A program made the translations under genes and the position numbers. The notes under the pieces are model-generated. The model worked only from the letters and a program-made list of their open reading frames with translations. It ran no database searches and was not told the origin of the DNA. From Bacilli bacterium (GTDB lineage Bacteria; Bacillota_I; Bacilli_A; RFN20; UBA1709), in NCBI GenBank assembly GCA_050949315.1, contig JBMNFL010000001.1:672001-736000 (forward strand): 64,000 bases of DNA, in the 5' to 3' direction. Positions 58,514-64,000 of the stretch are shown piece after piece (within the stretch, counting starts at the first letter, position 1; the number at the start of each line of letters is the position of its first letter).

Positions 58514-60544
58514 TTAATACCCTGGTTCCTTCCAAGTTATATCATTGATATAAAGACCTAGAATTCTCTTAAGATCCGCTAAAACGTTTTCTATTTTTTC
58601 GTTACTTATTTGTGTGGCTGAAGCGCTATGATGTCCGCCACCACCCATTTTTTCCATAATCAATTGAACATTAACGGTGCCATTAGAGCGGGCGCTAATA
58701 CCTACCACTTTATCACTAATATTTCCAACAACAAAGACAGCGCGTACTCCCTTGACACTAATTAGTTCTTGACCAACTTTAGCTAGCATGGTCCTACCGA
58801 TGGCTTGATTGGTTGGCGCTGTTGCAATTATTATTCCAAAATAAGGGCTTTCTATCGTTGACATTATTTTGGTTTTTAGAACAAATTCTTCAAACTCATC
58901 CTTTAAATAACTGTCGGCAATTGAGTTGTCGGCCCCAAAATCTTTTAGGTTCATTGCAGCTTTAAAGGTCGCCGCCGATGTCCGCGCTTTAAAACCATTA
59001 GTGTCCATTAAAATTCCGGCTAACATGTAAGTTGCAACCTTTGGTGTGATTTTAACATCAACTTGGGTATTCATAATCATTTCTGTAACTAACTCAGAAG
59101 CTGAAGATGCGTTGGTGTCAATATGACTAAAAATTGGTTCATCAATGGCGTCTTCTGCCTTACGATGGTGATCAATAACCGCAACGTTTTTGGCAATTTC
59201 TAAAATTTTTGGCGCTGTTGTTATACTAGCTCTATTGACGTCAACAACTACTACCAAAGATTGTGAATTGATTCTTTCAATGGCTTTAGCTGGAGATAAA
59301 GAGAAAATATCCAATTCGTTTTTAGAAAACAGTTCCTTAAGCATCATGCGCGCTTTAACTTCAACCTGTTTCTCATCATAAACAATTACTGCTGGTCGAT
59401 TAGCGGCATTGGCGATCGCTACAATACCTAAGGCTGCTCCAATTGCATCAAAATCTGCTTCAGTATGAACTAGAATGTATATTGATTGATATGTTTGGAC
59501 GTGGGCAAAGAAAGATTGAGCCAAAACCTTATTTCGTACAGCGTTGCGCCGCATTTTGACTTCTGTTCCTGCACCCCCGAAGAATTCCATTCTTCCGCCA
59601 AAGTTGTTGACAACCACTTGTCCACCGCCTCGGCTTTGAGCAACATCAATGGCCGCTGCCGCAAGTTCTGATAATTTCGAAAAATTTTGAATTCCTCGAC
59701 CAAAACCTAAGGAGATAGTAAAGACAATGTCTCGATGAGAACTTAATTTACTAACATCGTTTATAATTTTAAATTCTCCATCCCGAATTTTGACGTAAGA
59801 TTCTTCAGACATTATTCCAAAATACGAATCTTCTTTAATCTTTTTGATAACAACATTAAATTCTTTGCTCCAATCAGCAATCGTTTTTCTAATTAAAGCC
59901 TCAATTTGTACATATTCATCGTCGGCCGCAATATTAGCCACATCAAGTAGATTATCAAGTAAAATCATCGTGAAAACTGGTGCTTCGTCTTTTCTTAACT
60001 TATAAAGATTATCCACCTCTGAAATGTCTTTAAAAATTAAAACATTTAATTCTGCTAACTGCATAACTTCATATATTCTTTGATTAACTTTTTCTCTTAA
60101 GGTTTCCGGGGCTTGCTTGCCATCACCATTTTCAAAAAAAGCCTTGAGATTAGGAAAGCGCTGATCAATAGTCAAACCTAAAACCTTGATTCCTCTTTCT
60201 GTAAAAATGTTAGAAGACCAGATTATTTCACGTTTATCATTGTAAATGATTAATCCCATTTCACCAAAAGAATATGCTTCTGAAATATCTGCACCTAAAG
60301 TGTTCGTGATTGTTATGTAATTCTTACGAACCGCTTTTTCAAAAGAACGAACAGAAAAGAAACCCGCATACATAGGAAGTATCATTAATAATCCAAGAAG
60401 GATAAAAACAAACGTATCGCTTTTGAAAAATGAATACTCATCACCTAACGTTCTATTAGCGGCAATATATACTCCAACTAAAACGATTTCGATAATATAG
60501 ATTATTAACCATCTTATTTTTGAACCCTTTATTAGATCAAACAT
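58514..60544 (-). CDS. gdpP: Cyclic-di-AMP phosphodiesterase GdpP
   Basis: Two TMs, PAS-like region, degenerate GGDEF (SRGGGQVV), DFD, IDHHR, GGGGH DHHA1; upstream of rplI. Confidence 0.9.
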   Translation of the reverse strand: MFDLIKGSKIRWLIIYIIEIVLVGVYIAANRTLGDEYSFFKSDTFVFILLGLLMILPMYAGFFSVRSFEKAVRKNYITITNTLGADISEAYSFGEMGLIIYNDKREIIWSSNIFTERGIKVLGLTIDQRFPNLKAFFENGDGKQAPETLREKVNQRIYEVMQLAELNVLIFKDISEVDNLYKLRKDEAPVFTMILLDNLLDVANIAADDEYVQIEALIRKTIADWSKEFNVVIKKIKEDSYFGIMSEESYVKIRDGEFKIINDVSKLSSHRDIVFTISLGFGRGIQNFSKLSELAAAAIDVAQSRGGGQVVVNNFGGRMEFFGGAGTEVKMRRNAVRNKVLAQSFFAHVQTYQSIYILVHTEADFDAIGAALGIVAIANAANRPAVIVYDEKQVEVKARMMLKELFSKNELDIFSLSPAKAIERINSQSLVVVVDVNRASITTAPKILEIAKNVAVIDHHRKAEDAIDEPIFSHIDTNASSASELVTEMIMNTQVDVKITPKVATYMLAGILMDTNGFKARTSAATFKAAMNLKDFGADNSIADSYLKDEFEEFVLKTKIMSTIESPYFGIIIATAPTNQAIGRTMLAKVGQELISVKGVRAVFVVGNISDKVVGISARSNGTVNVQLIMEKMGGGGHHSASATQISNEKIENVLADLKRILGLYINDITWKEPGY

Positions 60545-60654
60545 AAATCATCCTCCACCATTTCAATGCTTTATTATAGTCTAAATAGAAAAAAATATCA
60601 CTAAAAATAGTGATATTCATCGATATTTAACAAAAGAAAGTTAAAAACACAAAC

Positions 60655-60681
60655 AAAAAAGCCTCGCTTATGCAAGGCTTT
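60655..60681 (-). terminator. Terminator of rpsF-ssb-rpsR
   Basis: AAAGCCT-C-GC/GC-A-AGGCTTT stem with A-run. Confidence 0.75.
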
Positions 60682-60688
60682 AATTCAA

Positions 60689-60916
60689 TTATTCAACAAC
60701 GTAGGGTAATAAGGCCATTTGTCGCGCTCTTTTAATAGCAACGGCTAGCATTCTTTGATACCTAGCGCTGGTGCCTGTTACTCTTCTTGGTGTAATTTTA
60801 CCATTGGCTGAGATGAAGTTCTTTAAAAGTTCAACATCTTTATAGTCAATATAAGTGATTTTGTTCTTTGTAAAATAACAAACCTTTCTACGTGGGCGTT
60901 GTTTTTTAAATGCCAT
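60689..60916 (-). CDS. rpsR: 30S ribosomal protein S18
   Basis: [32 protein letters not shown]. Confidence 0.97.
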   Translation of the reverse strand: MAFKKQRPRRKVCYFTKNKITYIDYKDVELLKNFISANGKITPRRVTGTSARYQRMLAVAIKRARQMALLPYVVE

Positions 60917-60929
60917 TTATTTTACCTCC

Positions 60930-61373
60930 TTAAAATGGTAGGTCATCTTCCGAGATGTCGATGCTTTCTTCATATTCTTTTGGACTTGAAAGTTCCTGTT
61001 TTTCATCTTCTCTACCGAAAGAATCGCGATTCTCTTGAGCGCTCTTGCTCTCAAGAATTTGAATATTATAGGCCGATATTTCGGTTACATATACTCTATT
61101 GCCATTCCGGTCTTCGTAATTTCTTGTTCTTACCCGACCTTCTAACCCGACTAACATGCCTTTTTTTAGATACTGTTCTACAAATTCGGCCAATTTATTA
61201 AAAGCAACACAAGGTATGAAGTCGGCCTTGTTTTCTTCTCCTTGTTGAGAGCTAGCAAAACGATTATCAACGGCAAGCGTGAAGGAAATTGCCGCATTTC
61301 CTGTCGTTTGCGAACGCCTTAATTCAAAGGGGTCGCGAGCTAAACGACCTACTAAGACAACATGATTTATCAT
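60930..61373 (-). CDS. ssb: Single-stranded DNA-binding protein
   Basis: NHVVLVGRL, ADFIPCV, C-terminal DDLPF. Confidence 0.97.
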   Translation of the reverse strand: MINHVVLVGRLARDPFELRRSQTTGNAAISFTLAVDNRFASSQQGEENKADFIPCVAFNKLAEFVEQYLKKGMLVGLEGRVRTRNYEDRNGNRVYVTEISAYNIQILESKSAQENRDSFGREDEKQELSSPKEYEESIDISEDDLPF

Positions 61374-61384
61374 TTTTTATCCTC

Positions 61385-61675
61385 CTATTGTTCTAAGGCT
61401 ACGATTATGTGACGAATAACGTTGACATTAATATCACAGAGTCTTTCAAACTCAGCGTTGAGCTTGTTGTTTTCTGTTTCATAATTAACGACAACATAAT
61501 ATCCGCGGGTTTCCTTATTGATTTCATAAGCTAGTTCGCGGCTGCCCCATTCATCAACATTAGTAATCATCGCTCCGTTTGTTTTGAGAATATTTAAAAG
61601 GTTCTCAATTTGAGCTTTGCGTGTTTCTTCATCAAGATTATTGTTGAGAATGAACATGGTTTCGTACTTTTGCAT
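61385..61675 (-). CDS. rpsF: 30S ribosomal protein S6
   Basis: KYETMFI, WGSRELAYEI, GYY, VIRH. Confidence 0.96.
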   Translation of the reverse strand: MQKYETMFILNNNLDEETRKAQIENLLNILKTNGAMITNVDEWGSRELAYEINKETRGYYVVVNYETENNKLNAEFERLCDINVNVIRHIIVALEQ

Positions 61676-61680
61676 ATTTA

Positions 61681-61730
61681 CACCTCCTCACGGTCTGTCG
61701 GCCACTTTTTAAAAAGTAGCGAAGAGTATG
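61681..61730 (-). ncRNA. S6:S18 ribosomal protein leader (autoregulatory RNA)
   Basis: Minus strand ACUCUUC-GCUACUUU...AAAGUGG-CCG-ACAGA-CC-GUGAGGAGGUG: hairpin, unpaired CC elements and anti-SD pairing directly before rpsF. Confidence 0.75.
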
Positions 61731-61827
61731 CACTTCTTCACATAGTGCCCAGTCATTATAATACAAATTATTCTAATCTGTAAAGATTTTTTGACTTCTT
61801 TGGACTTTTTTCATCTATGCGAAAATA

Positions 61828-62109
61828 TTATAACATATCATTAGATTTTTTTATATCTTTTCTTTCTTCTTTTAAGACTGTATATATGCTTTCTGCTTCG
61901 TTATTTTTAATGTTTTCTCCTAAACAACTGACGCGAATAGTCAAATGGCAGTTTTTCAGTTGCAAAAATAAAATGTCGCCCTTTTTTACTTCGCTTGATG
62001 GCTTAGCAAGTCGTCCATTTATTTCGACACGCCCTAACTGGACTAAATCTTTAGCCGTTTTTCTTCTTTTCATAATTCGTGATAATTTTAAATATTTATC
62101 TAAACGCAT
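61828..62109 (-). CDS. S4-domain RNA-binding protein (YabO/RqcP-HslR family)
   Basis: MRLDKYLKLSRIMKRRKTAK...GRVEINGRLAKPSSEVKKGD. Confidence 0.88.
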   Translation of the reverse strand: MRLDKYLKLSRIMKRRKTAKDLVQLGRVEINGRLAKPSSEVKKGDILFLQLKNCHLTIRVSCLGENIKNNEAESIYTVLKEERKDIKKSNDML

Positions 62110-62214
62110 CAAACATCACCACTTAAATTTTAACACATTTTTATTCCTTCTTGTTTTTGTTTTACAAAAGACAAAAAAATGTTACAATTATTTTACAAGA
62201 AAGTAGGGTTAAAT

Positions 62215-63087
62215 ATGGAAATATTTGAATATCAAAATCTTTCTGGGCTTAAGTGGGAACACGATAATCCTTCTTATATTGTTGTTGTCTCGCACGGTAT
62301 GGCTGAACATATTGAACGTTATGATTATTTTGCTAACAAGTTAGTGGCCGATGGCGCTTGTGTTTTTGGACTTGACCAAATAGGACACGGAAAAAAGGCG
62401 GGCTCTGATCTTGGTCATTGGAATCCTGGGGATTTCAATAATTGTGTTGAACATTTTTACCAATTAATTCTGCTATTAAAAGAAAGGTTTCCTGACCTTC
62501 CTATTATTCTTTTTGGTCACTCTATGGGATCATATCTTACCCAACAATACATCAAAGTTCATGGCGACAGTGTATCTAAAGTAATTCTTTCGGGAAGCAG
62601 TAAAACAGGGGCCTTACATAAAATGGGGAAATTTTTGGCAGACTTTTTTACTTATGGTAATCAAAAAAATCCTAACGCCTTTTTAAATAATTTATCCTTC
62701 GGCTCTTACAATAAACCTTTTAAACCTAATAGAACCGAATTTGATTGGTTATCTAGAGATGAGAAACAAGTTGATAAATATGTTAACGACCCTCTCTGTG
62801 GTTATTGCTGCACAACTGGCTTTTTTAGAGAATTTTTAACTGGATTAGCAAAGTTGAATAACGGTGTTTCTTCCGTTCCTAAGTCTTTACCAATTCTTAT
62901 ATTGTCTGGAGACAAAGATCCCGTGGGGGCGCAAGGAAAAGATACCAAAAAACTTTATGATATGTATATTAAAAACGGATTAAAGAATGTTGAGATTAAA
63001 CTTTATAAAGATGGACGGCATGAAATGCTAAACGAAATTAACAAGGATGAGGTTATTTCTGATATTATTAGCTGGATTCATCAATAG
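62215..63087 (+). CDS. Alpha/beta hydrolase (lysophospholipase-like)
   Basis: HGMAEH, GHSMG, WLSRD, GDKDPV, RHEMLNE; start moved to ATG 62215. Confidence 0.88.
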   Translation: MEIFEYQNLSGLKWEHDNPSYIVVVSHGMAEHIERYDYFANKLVADGACVFGLDQIGHGKKAGSDLGHWNPGDFNNCVEHFYQLILLLKERFPDLPIILFGHSMGSYLTQQYIKVHGDSVSKVILSGSSKTGALHKMGKFLADFFTYGNQKNPNAFLNNLSFGSYNKPFKPNRTEFDWLSRDEKQVDKYVNDPLCGYCCTTGFFREFLTGLAKLNNGVSSVPKSLPILILSGDKDPVGAQGKDTKKLYDMYIKNGLKNVEIKLYKDGRHEMLNEINKDEVISDIISWIHQ

Positions 63088-63098
63088 GGGGGATTGTT

Positions 63099-63761
63099 TT
63101 GTTACCAAACATTGAATGGTGGGAAGTTCTAATTAGACTTTTCGGCGCTATAATCTGTGGCGGATTATTTGGATTAGAAAGAGAATTTTCGGGACATCCC
63201 GCTGGTTTAAGGACGCACATTCTTGTTTGTCTAGGTGCGTGTCTAGTTATGTTAATCTCATTATATGGTTTTGATAACACTGCTGACCCCGCCCGCTTAG
63301 CGGCTCAAGTTGTTAGTGGTATTGGCTTTTTAGGAGCCGGAGCCATTATTCGCGAAGGTGGCGATATCAAAGGTATTACAACTGCGGCTGCTCTTTGGAT
63401 TGTTGCAATAGTTGGTTTAGCCATTGGTAATGGTGCCTATTTGGCGGCGGCCATCACAACCGTGAGTTCAATAATTTTAATGATTCTTCTCCGTTCCTTA
63501 CAAAAGAAATTAGGAAGGCGCTCACAACACTTTGTAATAATTTTAGACGGGCAAAAACCCATGCTCAAAAAACTTGTTGAAATTTGTGATGAATTAGATG
63601 TTATTATCACTCATGTTGAAGCTAAAACTGTTGAATGGGGGAACGTTGATGCTCTTCAAATATCAGCATCTTTTAATCCTAGAACCGCCAAGACCTCAAT
63701 TTCAACTTTGTTTATCGAAATTGAAGACCAACTCAAGCCTCTTTCTATAAAATTAAAATAA
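63099..63761 (+). CDS. MgtC/SapB family membrane protein
   Basis: GLERE, AGLRTH, RLAAQVVSGIGFLGAGAI, GITTAA. Confidence 0.92.
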   Translation: MLPNIEWWEVLIRLFGAIICGGLFGLEREFSGHPAGLRTHILVCLGACLVMLISLYGFDNTADPARLAAQVVSGIGFLGAGAIIREGGDIKGITTAAALWIVAIVGLAIGNGAYLAAAITTVSSIILMILLRSLQKKLGRRSQHFVIILDGQKPMLKKLVEICDELDVIITHVEAKTVEWGNVDALQISASFNPRTAKTSISTLFIEIEDQLKPLSIKLK

Positions 63762-63790
63762 AAACGAATACTAGAAAGTATCCGTTTTTT
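63760..63790. terminator. Bidirectional terminator
   Basis: AAAACG-A-ATACT/AGTAT-C-CGTTTT between convergent genes. Confidence 0.7.
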
Positions 63791-63792
63791 CT

Positions 63793-64000
63793 TTACATTT
63801 TTCGTCTTCCTTCAATTGCTTTTATTAGAGTGTATTCATCCGTATAATCCAAATTTGCCCCCAAAGGAAGACCATAAGCAATCCTTGAAACAAGAACGTT
63901 TTTATCGCTTAATATCTTTGCTAAATACAACGCTGTCGTTTCACCTTCGGTTGTTGGGTTGGTAGCTATTATAACTTCTTTTATTTTACCTTTACTTATT
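63793..64000 (-). CDS. recR: Recombination mediator RecR, C-terminal part
   Basis: Not in the ORF track; manual translation [19 protein letters not shown]...[31 protein letters not shown]. Confidence 0.93.
   Translation of the reverse strand, partial: ISKGKIKEVIIATNPTTEGETTALYLAKILSDKNVLVSRIAYGLPLGANLDYTDEYTLIKAIEGRRKM

Noticed and set aside
996-63280. Many short ORF-track entries antisense to or nested in real genes (for example 996-1178, 10554-11120, 41336-41761, 45352-45699, 60899-61201, 61817-62206)
   Set aside because: They overlap confidently identified genes or the riboswitch, and show no recognisable motifs; treated as shadow ORFs.
1-64000. Mycoplasma-type genetic code (UGA=Trp), mobile elements, CRISPR, defence islands
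   Set aside because: Genes end in TGA and prfB is present. I recognised no transposase, integrase, cas gene, repeat-spacer array or phage gene, and nothing is inserted at the rlmH 3' end.

Overview
Chromosomal backbone of a low-GC, genome-reduced anaerobic member of the Bacilli (Erysipelotrichales/RFN20/Mollicutes-adjacent by inference; TGA is used as stop, so genetic code 11). I call about 62 genes, 53 of them on the minus strand. Housekeeping blocks are rpsF-ssb-rpsR-gdpP-rplI-dnaB-yycJ-htrA-htrA'-rlmH, uvrA-hprK-lgt-ppaX-trxB and comFA-comFC-csp-secA-prfB-uvrB-secG-rnr-smpB, with accessory genes between them. I saw no rRNA, tRNA, CRISPR array, transposase or prophage. Best leads: (1) a variant purine (guanine-type) riboswitch with a terminator/antiterminator platform ahead of a PhnDCEE-like ABC transporter that is divergent from a 5'-nucleotidase, a candidate purine nucleotide scavenging system; (2) a trimeric [FeFe]-hydrogenase whose short beta subunit has the non-bifurcating NADH-only signature; (3) an intact but catalytically dead HtrA paralog next to an active HtrA, in a wal-locus remnant lacking walRK; (4) a post-lipobox motif (TGC-x-SFF-x-SY-[ST]-SS) shared by two unrelated lipoproteins; (5) an apparent ATT start codon for comFA. 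All calls come from motif recognition by eye; no database searches were run.
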